From: an uncultured Chloroflexia bacterium
Lineage (GTDB): Bacteria; Chloroflexota; Limnocylindria; Limnocylindrales; CSP1-4
Assembly: GCA_963810065.1 (NCBI GenBank)
Contig: CAWELX010000007.1
Span: 1,170,154-1,234,153 of the forward strand
DNA: 64,000 nucleotides
Direction of reading: 5' to 3'
Both the position numbers and the translations under genes were made by a program. The first letter of the stretch is position 1, and every line of letters starts with the position of its first letter. The notes beneath the pieces were generated by a model. It was not told the DNA's origin and did no database searches. It worked only from the letters and a program-made list of their open reading frames with translations. Below are positions 29,797 through 38,832 of this stretch, piece after piece.

Positions 29797-30803
29797 GCGG
29801 GGGACGTGTCGTCGTCGTCGGGTCCGTGAACGTGGACCTGGTGGTCGTCACGCCGCGCCTGCCGGGACCCGGCGAGACCGTGACGGGCGGCGACGTCGAG
29901 CGGCATCACGGCGGCAAGGGCGGCAACCAGGCGGTCGCCGCCGCGCGCCTGGGCGCCCACGTCGTCTTCGTGGGTGCCGTCGGCAACGACGACTTCGGGG
30001 CCGCCGCGCGAGACGCGCTCGAAGGGGAGGGGATCGACGTCGCGCACCTCGCGACGGTGGGACGGCCGACCGGCGTCGCGCTGATCGTGGTCGACGAGCA
30101 CGCGGAGAACCTCATCGCCGTGGCGCCAGGCGCCAACGGAGCCCTGGACGAGGACGCCGTTGCCGCGACGCTTGCCGCGCTGGCCCTGGGGCCCGGCGAC
30201 GTGGTGCTGGCATGCCGCGAGATCCCGCCCGGGGCGGTGCGGGCCGCGCTCGCGGCCGCCCGGGGGGCCGGGGCGACCGGCATCCTGAACCCGGCGCCGG
30301 CCGACGGGTTCGACGGGGCGACGATCGCGCTCGCCGACGTCCTGACGCCGAACGAGGCCGAGCTCGCCATCATCGGCGGAGACGGGTCGCCGGAGGTGGC
30401 AGCCCGATCGCTGCTGGCCGGCGGGCGATCCGGGCGATCGATCGTCGTGACGCTTGGCGCGGCGGGCGCGCTGGTGGTACCGGCCGACGGGCCGGCGCTG
30501 GAGATTCCGGCGCGACCGGTCGTCCCGGTCGACACGACCGGCGCCGGCGACGCGTTCAACGGCGCGCTGGCCGCTGGGCTCGCCGAGGGTCGTGGCCTGG
30601 TCGGCGCCGCCACGCGGGCAGTCGCCGCGGCCGGGCTCTCGACGACGCGGATGGGGGCCCGGGGTGGCATGCCGACCTCCGCCGAGCTCGCAGCCGCCGA
30701 GCCCGCCTTCACCGAGCCGGCATTCACCGAGCCGAAGAGAGGCGCGGAGCCCGGGGTCGTCGAGCCGGCAGCCACCGTGCCGGAGGACGCGACCGGCTCG
30801 TAG
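29793..30803 (+). CDS. rbsK: Ribokinase (PfkB family)
   Basis: MSGGRVVVVGSVNVDLVVVTPRLPGPGETVTGG...GGKGGNQAVAAARLGA (ribokinase GG/anion-hole motifs) ...PVDTTGAGDAFNGALAAGL (DTxGAGD catalytic motif). It has a small AFTEPAFTEP tandem repeat at the C-terminus. Confidence 0.85.
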   Translation: MSGGRVVVVGSVNVDLVVVTPRLPGPGETVTGGDVERHHGGKGGNQAVAAARLGAHVVFVGAVGNDDFGAAARDALEGEGIDVAHLATVGRPTGVALIVVDEHAENLIAVAPGANGALDEDAVAATLAALALGPGDVVLACREIPPGAVRAALAAARGAGATGILNPAPADGFDGATIALADVLTPNEAELAIIGGDGSPEVAARSLLAGGRSGRSIVVTLGAAGALVVPADGPALEIPARPVVPVDTTGAGDAFNGALAAGLAEGRGLVGAATRAVAAAGLSTTRMGARGGMPTSAELAAAEPAFTEPAFTEPKRGAEPGVVEPAATVPEDATGS

Positions 30804-31061
30804 CGGGCCCTCGCCTCCACGGAGAGCGGTCACCGCCACGATCGTGGTGCCGCGAGACCACGCGACCCTGTTGCAGCGGCCGAACGGCCCTTGCACCCGA
30901 GCGGCGATCCGGCGAGACTTCCGGCGTCCGGCAATGCGGGCGAATAATCGCGCGTGAAGCGCGGTCGCCCAGAATGCCGGCGAGATCGGCCGCGACGAGC
31001 GATCGTCGGCCGGGCCCGCCCGGGACGACGGCGAATGGCGACCAGGGGGCGAAATCGGGTC

Positions 31062-32798
31062 ATGACCGCAGGCCGCGTGCGCACCATCGTCGGGCTGCTG
31101 CTCGTCGGGCTGCTGCTCGTCGGGCCGGCGCCCGCCGGCGCCAGCGCCGCGATGCCCGCTCCCCGCGTGGTGCTCGTCGTGGGGCCGGTGGGGGATCTCA
31201 CGGAGTCGTACCGCCGCTGGGCGCGCGAGGGCGCGGCCGAGGCCCGTCGCTGGACGAAGGACGTCGTCGAGATCTACTCCCCGGACGCGACGTGGCCGCG
31301 GGTGCGGGCCGCCCTGCAGGGCGCCTCGGTCGTCGTGTATCTCGGGCACGGCAACGGCTTCCCCAGCCCGTACGGGACCAGGCTTCGCCCGTCCGTCCAG
31401 AATGGTTTCGGTCTCAACCCGGTCGGCGGTCGCGGTGACGCGACGCACCAGTACTTCGGCGAGTCTCTCATCGCCAAGCAGGTGCGCCTGGCGCCGGGGG
31501 CAGTTGTCCTGCTCTTCCACCTGTGCTACGCATCGGGCCTCGCGGAGCCCGGCGTCCCCGAGGGTGCCGAGGCAGGGGCCCGCCAGCGCGTTGACAATTT
31601 CGCCGCCGGCTTCATGGCCGCCGGGGCGTCGGCCGTCGTGGCCGATGCGTACGCCTCTCCCGCGCCGTACCTTCGGACCCTCCTCGGGCAGAAGAAGTCC
31701 GCCCGGACGGCGTGGGAACACTCGGCGACCGCCAACGGCCACGTCCGCGCCTTCTCCAGCGAGCGGACGCCCGGCGCCATCGCGCTGATGGACCCGGAGC
31801 AGCAGTCCAGCGGCTTCGCGCGGTCGCTCGTCCTCGCCGCGGGCGCCGCCGCCGGCATCGTCCCGGCGGGACCCATGCCCGGAACGACGCCGCCGCCGGG
31901 TGGATGGGAGATCGTCGTGCCGCCGCAGCCGTCCATCGCGCCCGACGCGTTCGACCTGGGCGCCCAGCCCGGGACGCCGGCGCTTGCCGGGATGCCGCTG
32001 GCCGGGTCCACGGTCCGGCTGCGCCTTCCCGTCGAGGCACCCGCAGGGGTGGCTCTCGCGAGCGCGTACCGCCTGGGCACGCGCTGGATCCCGCTCGACG
32101 AAGCGAGTGCGTTGGCCGGACCGGCGGGCGGCGATCCCGCCGCCAGCCCGGATCCCGCGGCGGTCGCCGACCCGGCGCTCGTCGCGCGCGAGTCGGCCGC
32201 GACGCTCGTGGACGTCGTCCCCGCGTCGGTCGCCGGGGGTGAGGTCGCCGGGACCATCACCCTGCCCGACAGGGCCGGGCGCTATCGCCTGGAGGTCACG
32301 ATCCATGATCCCGAGGGGGTCGCCCTCCCGTACGCGGTGCAGGCCTCGATCCCGGGCGTCGTCGTCCACGTCGGCGGTCCCGGGGCGGCGTGGCTGGACG
32401 CGCCGCCGGCGGTGTCCGTGACCGCGGGGACGCTGGCCTCCATCCAGGTCGACGTCACGAACGGAGAGGCCGAAGCCTGGGGCAGCTGCGAGCCTCGGCA
32501 ACGAGGCTACGGCCCGGACGACACCGGCGACTGCCCGACGGTGCGCCTCGTCGGCCGCTGGGTCGCGGTCGACGGCGCCGGCACCGCCGCGCCGATGACA
32601 CGGGAGCTGTCGATTCCCGCTGCGACGGCGCAGGCCGCCTGGATGACCGGGCCCGTGCCCTTCGACCCTGGAACCTACCTGCTCGTGGCCAGCCTGGAGC
32701 GTTCGTCGGGCGGTGGTTCGCCGCACGTGCTGGGCCGCCCGACCACCGTCACGGTCCAGGTGCTCGCCAGCCCGCTGGTGCCCACGCCGGTCAACTGA
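31062..32798 (+). CDS. Secreted protein, paralog A: N-terminal caspase/gingipain-like (clan CD-like) putative cysteine-peptidase domain + C-terminal beta-rich (Ig/FN3-like) domains
   Basis: Signal peptide MTAGRVRTIVGLLLVGLLLVGPAPAGASAA. VVLVVGPVG...GASVVVYLGHGNG...(~50 aa)...AVVLLFHLCYASG gives a hydrophobic strand-His-Gly, then strand-Cys, spaced as in caspase-hemoglobinase-fold peptidases. A ~260-nt 5' leader precedes it. It is 45-50% identical in its N-domain to the gene at 39149-41335. Confidence 0.55.
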   Translation: MTAGRVRTIVGLLLVGLLLVGPAPAGASAAMPAPRVVLVVGPVGDLTESYRRWAREGAAEARRWTKDVVEIYSPDATWPRVRAALQGASVVVYLGHGNGFPSPYGTRLRPSVQNGFGLNPVGGRGDATHQYFGESLIAKQVRLAPGAVVLLFHLCYASGLAEPGVPEGAEAGARQRVDNFAAGFMAAGASAVVADAYASPAPYLRTLLGQKKSARTAWEHSATANGHVRAFSSERTPGAIALMDPEQQSSGFARSLVLAAGAAAGIVPAGPMPGTTPPPGGWEIVVPPQPSIAPDAFDLGAQPGTPALAGMPLAGSTVRLRLPVEAPAGVALASAYRLGTRWIPLDEASALAGPAGGDPAASPDPAAVADPALVARESAATLVDVVPASVAGGEVAGTITLPDRAGRYRLEVTIHDPEGVALPYAVQASIPGVVVHVGGPGAAWLDAPPAVSVTAGTLASIQVDVTNGEAEAWGSCEPRQRGYGPDDTGDCPTVRLVGRWVAVDGAGTAAPMTRELSIPAATAQAAWMTGPVPFDPGTYLLVASLERSSGGGSPHVLGRPTTVTVQVLASPLVPTPVN

Positions 32799-32819
32799 CG
32801 GACGCTCGCCCGCCTGCGG

Positions 32820-33173
32820 TCAACAGGTGACGTGGAGGATCGCCCGCACCTTCGAGCGCTTGCGCTGGCCGACCAGCCGGCATGCGTCGGCCGTTGGGAG
32901 CGCCACCACCTCGATCCCGCGGCGGCGCGCCTCGTCGATGACCTCCGGCATGATTGGCAGCTGTCCGTCGGCTCCGGTTCCGACGATGAGCTCGCCGCCG
33001 CCCCACGGGATGGCCTCCGCGAGGGACAACGGGGTGTGCCCGTAGGCCGCGCGCCATGGCTTCGACGCGGTCTTGTCCCGCCGTCGGACCTCGCCGCGGT
33101 CGATCACCACGTCGAAGGTGCAGCGCTGCCCGTCAACCTCGATCTCGCCGAATCCCAGGAGCCGCGCCTGCAT
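32820..33173 (-). CDS. Mth938-like domain protein (DUF498/DUF598)
   Basis: 117 aa. ..CTFDVVIDRGEVRRRDK...GTGADGQLPIMPEVIDEARRRGIEVVALPTADACRL resembles the Mth938 family. Confidence 0.7.
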   Translation of the reverse strand: MQARLLGFGEIEVDGQRCTFDVVIDRGEVRRRDKTASKPWRAAYGHTPLSLAEAIPWGGGELIVGTGADGQLPIMPEVIDEARRRGIEVVALPTADACRLVGQRKRSKVRAILHVTC

Positions 33174-33315
33174 CCCCGACCGCCTCGCGTCGCACCCGCA
33201 ACCGCGGGCCTTCCGACGTGGCTCACTCTACGCCCGCAGACGATTGCCACCCGCCAGGACGGCCTTCCCGCGCTCTGCCTTACGAACCGCTACCCTGATG
33301 TGACATTTGCCACAC

Positions 33316-33350
33316 GAACAAGGACCAAGGGATCCCTTGTGCCCTTGTTC
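33316..33350. promoter_or_regulatory. Near-perfect palindrome GAACAAGG-acc-AAGGGATCCCTT-gtgc-CCTTGTTC in an AT-richer divergent intergenic region (candidate operator or structured RNA element)
   Basis: Direct reading. The inner 12-bp perfect palindrome is centred on GGATCC, and the outer 8-bp arms are exact reverse complements. It lies between the divergent Mth938 (-) and small ORF / GT4 (+) genes. A TGTGACAttTGCCACA quasi-palindrome sits just upstream (33297-33312). Confidence 0.5.
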
Positions 33351-33421
33351 CGTTGGGCTCACGATCCACTGACGCGCGGGCCGCCGCCGCCCACGTGGTC
33401 CACGCCTGCATGGTGATTCAC

Positions 33422-33541
33422 ATGATCGAACTCATCGCACTCGTCGGGGTCCTCGGCGCCGCCCTGCTGGGCGTTCGCAAGGTGAACGACAGGCCGCTCG
33501 ACCGCGTCGACCGGCGCCTCTGGCCCTACCTCCACCACTGA
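33422..33541 (+). CDS. Possible 39-aa hydrophobic small protein
   Basis: MIELIALVGVLGAALLGVRKVNDRPLDRVDRRLWPYLHH: one TM helix, GGTGA 6 nt upstream of the ATG, inside the 500-bp divergent intergenic region. No homology argument is possible here. Confidence 0.2.
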   Translation: MIELIALVGVLGAALLGVRKVNDRPLDRVDRRLWPYLHH

Positions 33542-33673
33542 GACCGCGCTCTCGCGCCAGGCGAGTCGCCGCCTCCTGAGGTCGCCCGACGAGGGCGGCC
33601 TCTTCGTTTGCGGCGCGAGTGTCCCACCCGGCCAACCCGACGACGGACTCCCGAAGGGTGGCAGGATGGGGGC

Positions 33674-34918
33674 ATGCGGATCCTGCTCTGGCACGGCTAC
33701 CTGCTCGGCGGCACCGGCTCCAACGTCTACACGCGGCTGCTTGCGCGCGCCTGGATGCAGGCCGGCCACGACGTTACGGTGTTCTGCCAGGACCCGCGGC
33801 CCGACCTGTACGACCTGGGCGGGGCCCGCGTCGTGCGCCCCGACGTCGGTGGCCTGCTGCCGGTGTTCGTGCTGGATCGATACGAGGGGTATGAGGCCAG
33901 GCTGATCGGGGACTGCAGCCGCGAGGAGCTCGATCGCTGGGTGGAGGCGAATGCCCGCGCCATTGCCGAGCACCTCCCGGCCGACGTCGTGTTCTGCAAC
34001 CACGTCCTGCTCGGGGGGCCGGTCGGGGTGGCGGTCGGAGCGCGCTTCGCGGTGAAGGCCCACGGTTCAGAGCTCGAGTACGCGATGCGGGACAACCCGA
34101 TCCTCGCAGCGTGGGGGCAGGACTGCCTGCGCCAGGCCGCTGCCACCTTCGTCGGCTCGGCGCACGTTCGCCGGGTCCTGGAGGACGTGTGTGGCCACGT
34201 CGACCGCGTCCACGAGGTTCCGCCGGGGGTGGACATCGACGACTGGCAGCCGGAGGAGCGGGCGACCGCGCTCGCCGAACTCCTGGACGAGGCGCGCCGC
34301 GACCCACCGAACCCGGGGAACGCCCGGGAGCGGCTGCCCGACGAGGGCAACGCCGAGCGGCTCGCCCAGTTCCTCGCGGAGGACCGGCCGACGGTCGTGT
34401 ACTTCGGGAAGCTCATGCACAACAAGGGCGTGCACCTGCTCCTGGAGGCGCTCGACGACCTCGACGCGCGGGCCGTCATCGTGGGGTTCGGGGACGACCG
34501 ACCGGAGCTGGAGCGGCTGGCGGGCCACGGCGCCCTGTTCACCGGCCCGCTGGAGCACCGGCACCTGGTGCACCTGCTGGCCCTCGCGGACGCCTGCGTC
34601 GTCCCGTCGATCTTCCCGGAGGCCTTCGGGATGGTGGCCGCCGAGGCCGCCGCGACCGGGTGCCCGCCGCTCGTCGCGCGCCACTCCGGGCTCGCGGAGA
34701 TCGCCGCCGGGCTCGCCGAGGAGTACCCGCCGGCGCTGCGGCACCTGGCCGGCTTCACGTCGGGCGACGTGGGCGATCTCCGGGCCAGGCTCGCCGAGCT
34801 GCTGGCCCTCGGAACGGCCGAGCGGGAGGCCATTCGCGCATCCGCCCGGCGGGCGGCAGTCGAACGGTGGAGCTGGACGAGCGTGGCGCGCCGCCTGCTG
34901 GAGCCGCTCGCACGCTGA
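33674..34918 (+). CDS. GT4-family (GT-B fold) glycosyltransferase
   Basis: MRILLWHGYLLGGTGSNVYTRLLARAWMQAGHDVTVF (GT4 N-domain) ...VVYFGKLMHNKGVHLLLEAL...PSIFPEAFGMVAAEAAATGCPPLVARHSGLAEI (EX7E-type C-domain motif). GGATGGGGG RBS. Confidence 0.8.
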   Translation: MRILLWHGYLLGGTGSNVYTRLLARAWMQAGHDVTVFCQDPRPDLYDLGGARVVRPDVGGLLPVFVLDRYEGYEARLIGDCSREELDRWVEANARAIAEHLPADVVFCNHVLLGGPVGVAVGARFAVKAHGSELEYAMRDNPILAAWGQDCLRQAAATFVGSAHVRRVLEDVCGHVDRVHEVPPGVDIDDWQPEERATALAELLDEARRDPPNPGNARERLPDEGNAERLAQFLAEDRPTVVYFGKLMHNKGVHLLLEALDDLDARAVIVGFGDDRPELERLAGHGALFTGPLEHRHLVHLLALADACVVPSIFPEAFGMVAAEAAATGCPPLVARHSGLAEIAAGLAEEYPPALRHLAGFTSGDVGDLRARLAELLALGTAEREAIRASARRAAVERWSWTSVARRLLEPLAR

Positions 34919-35258
34919 CGGGCCGCCACCCCCGTACCGGCGACCGGTGCTCCGCGTCGGTCATCAGGCGGACGTGGGGCCCGGATGACCTGTCGCCACA
35001 AGGCTGGCGCGTCGGCCCGGAGTGCTGCGTCGGCCCCGGAGTGTTGCGTCGGCGGGTTCCATCGGGACGTCCCCAGGGCCTGCGGCCCTCGCTCGCCCGG
35101 TGCGCTTCCCACCCTCCGAGCGGAGCAGGGCGCCCGCCCGGATGCCCTGATCGACTTCGCAGAGGGCAGCCGGTTCGCGAACCCCTGGGCGGCCGTCCGG
35201 CCAGGCATCGCGCCCTACAGGAGGTCGTCCTCGCGAAGGCGGCTTGACAGCGGGTTAC

Positions 35259-35888
35259 TCAGGCGTCGTGGACGAGGCCATGCTCCACGGCGTACCGGGT
35301 CAGCGCCTTCGGGCCGCGCAGGCCCAGCTTGGCTGACAGGTTCGCGACGTGGCGGCGGACCGTGTGCGGGCTGATGCCGAGCGCTCGGCCCACGTCGGCA
35401 GCCGACTTGCCCGCCGCGATATGCGCGAGAACCTCGCGTTCGCGGACACTCAGGGGACTTCCCGCGTCCATCCACCGGAGGGAGTCGTCGATCACCGTCT
35501 CGGCGATGCTGCTGTGGAGGTAGCGCTCGCCGCGGGCGACGGCCCGGATGGCCTCGACGAGCTCACTCGTGCGCGCGCCCTTCACGACGTACCCGGCCGC
35601 CCCGGCGCGGAGGGCCTGCCGAATGGTCTCGGCATCTCGGTGCATCGTCAGCACCAGGACACGGAGACCGGGCCGACGGTTCGCAAGGTCGCGAAGCAGC
35701 GAAAGGCCGTCGTCGTTTGGGTAGGTGATGTCGACGAGCATCACGTCGGGGGAGCTGTTGGCGAGGAGATCGAACGCCCCTTCGCGGTCAGCAGCCTCAC
35801 CGACCACGACGATCCCAGGCTGGAGGGCGAGGACATGGCTGAGCGCCTCGCGCACGAGGTGATGGTCGTCCACGAGCGCGACGCGCAC
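35259..35888 (-). CDS. NarL/LuxR-family response regulator
   Basis: GTG start VRVALVDDHHLVREAL..., receiver domain (..DVMLVDITYPNDDG..), C-terminal LuxR HTH (LSVREREVLAHIAAGKSAADVGRALGISPHTVRRHVANLSAKLG). Confidence 0.85.
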   Translation of the reverse strand: MRVALVDDHHLVREALSHVLALQPGIVVVGEAADREGAFDLLANSSPDVMLVDITYPNDDGLSLLRDLANRRPGLRVLVLTMHRDAETIRQALRAGAAGYVVKGARTSELVEAIRAVARGERYLHSSIAETVIDDSLRWMDAGSPLSVREREVLAHIAAGKSAADVGRALGISPHTVRRHVANLSAKLGLRGPKALTRYAVEHGLVHDA

Positions 35889-35971
35889 GGGCAGAGGGGA
35901 CCTGGGGTCGGCCCCGGCCCTTCCCGCAGAAGCCGTGGGCGTCGAATTGCCCGAGCGTGTCCCGTCCGCCG

Positions 35972-37123
35972 TCACCGAACCAGCGCCCCGGACTCGACCG
36001 CACCTGTCGACGCGACATCGGCGGGTTCGGGCGCCAGGGCGGCCGCGCTCGCGCCCGTCAGGGGCACGTCCAGGCGCACGACCGTGCCGCTGCCCGGCGT
36101 CGAAATGACGTGGAGGGTTCCGCGGACCGCCGCGGCGCGGTCGCGCATGCTCGCCAGCCCGAGGCCTCGTGCGTCGATGCCGGCGGCGTCGAAGCCGATC
36201 CCGTCGTCGATCACCTCGATGCGGAGCTGTCGAGCGACGCGCTGGACCGAAATCCGGATCCGGCCCGGCTGGCCGTGCCGCATGGCATTGCCGAGTGCTT
36301 CCTGGACGATACGGTACGTGTCGACCTCCCTGGCGGGATCGAGGAGGTCCGGGCGGTAGAGGGAGGCGTCGGCCGAGAACTCCACCGGCATCCCGGCTGA
36401 GGCCGCCAGCTCCCGGAGGGCGGCCACCAGCCCGGTCTCCCGAAGGCGCGCCGGGCGCAGCCGGAACGCGACGCCGCGGACGTCCTCGAGCGCCCTGCCA
36501 GCCATCTCGCGGGCCCTGCGGACGGCATCCCGGCCGGCCTCGTCGGGTGCCCGTGGGTCCGCCAGCGCCGACTCCGCTGCGTCGAGGGTGAGCGCCAGGG
36601 CGGTCATCGTTTGTCCGACACCGTCGTGGAGGTCCGCCGCGAGGCGCCGTCGCTCGTCCTCCTGGGCCGTCAGGAGCCGGTCGCTCGCCGCGCGGTAGAG
36701 CGCTGCATACCGGTGCCCGGTCGTCGTCACGCGGTTGGCCATGACCGCCACGATGAAGGCGATGATGGCCATGAGCGGCCACTCTTCGAGATCCAGGTCG
36801 GCCATGGCAGCAGCCGTCGGCCCGGAATCGCCGTTGGCGATCGCGGCATAGACGAACACGAAGAGCGTCGCCAGCGCGATGCGCAGGATTGCCAGCCGCA
36901 GGCCGAAGGCGAAGGTGAAGACTTCGACCGCCAGGACGATCCAGAGCCCGTGAAGGAGGATGTCCGGGTCACCCAGCTGGGCGACGACGGCAGCCGCCAC
37001 CGCGACGCCCGTCGCGTCGAGCGCGATCAACAGCCAGGGCGGGCGCGCGACGAGCCAGCCGTCCCCGCGGCCAGGCTGCGCGACACCCCCACCACCTCGG
37101 TACACGCCGGCCCCCATCACCAA
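35972..37123 (-). CDS. Membrane sensor histidine kinase, NarX/DesK type (HisKA_3 + HATPase_c)
   Basis: 3-4 N-terminal TM helices. H-box RRLAADLHDGVGQTMTAL, then ..RIVQEALGNAMRHG...DDGIGFD.. It is the cognate kinase upstream of the LuxR RR. Confidence 0.8.
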   Translation of the reverse strand: MVMGAGVYRGGGGVAQPGRGDGWLVARPPWLLIALDATGVAVAAAVVAQLGDPDILLHGLWIVLAVEVFTFAFGLRLAILRIALATLFVFVYAAIANGDSGPTAAAMADLDLEEWPLMAIIAFIVAVMANRVTTTGHRYAALYRAASDRLLTAQEDERRRLAADLHDGVGQTMTALALTLDAAESALADPRAPDEAGRDAVRRAREMAGRALEDVRGVAFRLRPARLRETGLVAALRELAASAGMPVEFSADASLYRPDLLDPAREVDTYRIVQEALGNAMRHGQPGRIRISVQRVARQLRIEVIDDGIGFDAAGIDARGLGLASMRDRAAAVRGTLHVISTPGSGTVVRLDVPLTGASAAALAPEPADVASTGAVESGALVR

Positions 37124-37366
37124 CTGCCAGCCCGGCGCCAGCGCCGGCCATCATGTTCATCATGTCGTGACCGGTCTCGGACCATTGGAATGGTCGAAAA
37201 CGACTATAGCTGGATTGTCCAGCCCACCCTCATCCTCGTGGCTGCCCGTCGAAGAGGGCAATCGGAACAGGTAGGGCGGTCGACCGCAGACCCGTGGCTG
37301 TCGACACGCAGGGGAGGCCCGGGAGCCGAGGGGAGACTCCGGGCCGACACGGGGTGGGGGATTCAC

Positions 37367-38170
37367 ATGGGGGCGGAGATGCTGCAGCCGCGGCCGGCTG
37401 CGCTCCTTCCGGTGGGCCTCGATCCGGCGCCGGACGGCATACGCATCGTCGCGCTGTCGGGCAACGCGACGGGTGGCAGCGCACTGGATGAGGTCCACGC
37501 CAGCGACAGAGAGATCCATGCGCGCCTCTTGGCCGCCCAGGAGGCTGAACGGGCACGGATCGCTCGAGACCTCCATGACGTCGTCGGCCAGGCGCTGACG
37601 GCGGTCCGGCTCAATCTCCTGTGGCTGGATCGTGTGAACGCGCGGACCGGGGCGAGCGGGGCCGAGATCAGCGACAGCATCGCCGTCGTCGATGCGGCGC
37701 TCCACCAGGTTCGCACGGCGGCCTTCGACCTGCGGCCCGCGATACTCGACGACCTCGGGCTCGGCGCCGCGCTGCGAGCGCTCTGCCGCCAGGTCGCGCT
37801 CCGGTCCGACATGGACGTCTCCTGCCGCGTGGCCATCGGCAGGTCGCGCCTCCCGGCCGAGATCGAGACGACGTGCTTCCGGATCGCCCAGGAAGCGATC
37901 ACCAACGTCGTCCGACATGCCGGGGCACGCAGAGTGGAGGTCGACGTCCGTTGGCGACGGCGGTCGGGCGTGCTGATCCTCGACGTGTCCGACGACGGCG
38001 TTGGTTTCGACCCGACAGTCGTCACCTCGACGAGGTGCCTTGGGCTCGCCGGGATGGCCGAGCGCGCGTCGCTCGTGGGGGGCGATGTCGAGGTCCGCTC
38101 GGGGTCCGGCAACGGGACGAGGATGATCGCCCGCCTGCGGGTCCCAACGCGACGGGACGTCGTCCGATGA
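37367..38170 (+). CDS. Soluble (no TM) HisKA_3-type sensor histidine kinase
   Basis: ATG at 37367. H-box RARIARDLHDVVGQALTAV, ..RIAQEAITNVVRHAGA...DDGVGFD..GLAGMAERA. The stop overlaps the RR start (ATGA 38167-38170). Confidence 0.75.
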   Translation: MGAEMLQPRPAALLPVGLDPAPDGIRIVALSGNATGGSALDEVHASDREIHARLLAAQEAERARIARDLHDVVGQALTAVRLNLLWLDRVNARTGASGAEISDSIAVVDAALHQVRTAAFDLRPAILDDLGLGAALRALCRQVALRSDMDVSCRVAIGRSRLPAEIETTCFRIAQEAITNVVRHAGARRVEVDVRWRRRSGVLILDVSDDGVGFDPTVVTSTRCLGLAGMAERASLVGGDVEVRSGSGNGTRMIARLRVPTRRDVVR

Positions 38171-38832
38171 TGTTCCCGCCGCCGACGATCCGCGTCGTTC
38201 TCGGGGAGGACCACGCGCTCGTGCGGGCGGGGTTTCGGGCGCTCCTGGACGGGATCGCCGGCGTGGACGTCGTCGCCGAGGCCGCCGACGGCCGGGAGGC
38301 CCTGTCGGTCATCGCCTCTCACCTGCCCGACGTGGCCGTCCTCGACATCACGATGCCGGGCCTCAACGGGATCCAGGTGATCGCCCAGCTCCACCTGGAG
38401 CACCCGCAGGTTCGCGTCATCGTCCTGTCAATGCACGACAACGAGGAGTATGTGCGCCAGGCACTGCGAGCAGGGGCCGTGGGGTACCTGCTCAAGGATT
38501 CGCATCCGGCGGAACTCGAGCTCGCGGTCAGAGCGGTGATCCAGGGCGGCACCTACCTCAGCCCGACCGTCTCCCGCCACGTCGTCTCCGACTACGTGCG
38601 CCGGGCAGCGGACGACGGCGGGACGTCGGACGGCCTGACGCCGCGCCAGCGGGAGATCCTGCAGCTCATCGCCGAGAGCCAGACGAACCAGCAGATGGCG
38701 AGCAGCATGAACCTGAGTGTCAAGACCATCGAGACGCATCGCGCGCAGCTGATGGACCGGCTCGACATCCACGACGTCGCCGGCCTTGTTCGTTATGCGA
38801 TCCGTTCTGGCCTTGTCCCCGCCGACCGCTAG
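38167..38832 (+). CDS. NarL/LuxR-family response regulator
   Basis: IRVVLGEDHALVRAGF...DVAVLDITMPGLNG (receiver) ... LTPRQREILQLIAESQTNQQMASSMNLSVKTIETHRAQLMDRL (LuxR HTH). Confidence 0.85.
   Translation: MMFPPPTIRVVLGEDHALVRAGFRALLDGIAGVDVVAEAADGREALSVIASHLPDVAVLDITMPGLNGIQVIAQLHLEHPQVRVIVLSMHDNEEYVRQALRAGAVGYLLKDSHPAELELAVRAVIQGGTYLSPTVSRHVVSDYVRRAADDGGTSDGLTPRQREILQLIAESQTNQQMASSMNLSVKTIETHRAQLMDRLDIHDVAGLVRYAIRSGLVPADR

Noticed and set aside
29046-32726. 1226-aa minus-strand ORF
   Set aside because: Antisense to the ARH-DSP, ribokinase and paralog-A genes; low-complexity Arg/Gly/Asp composition.
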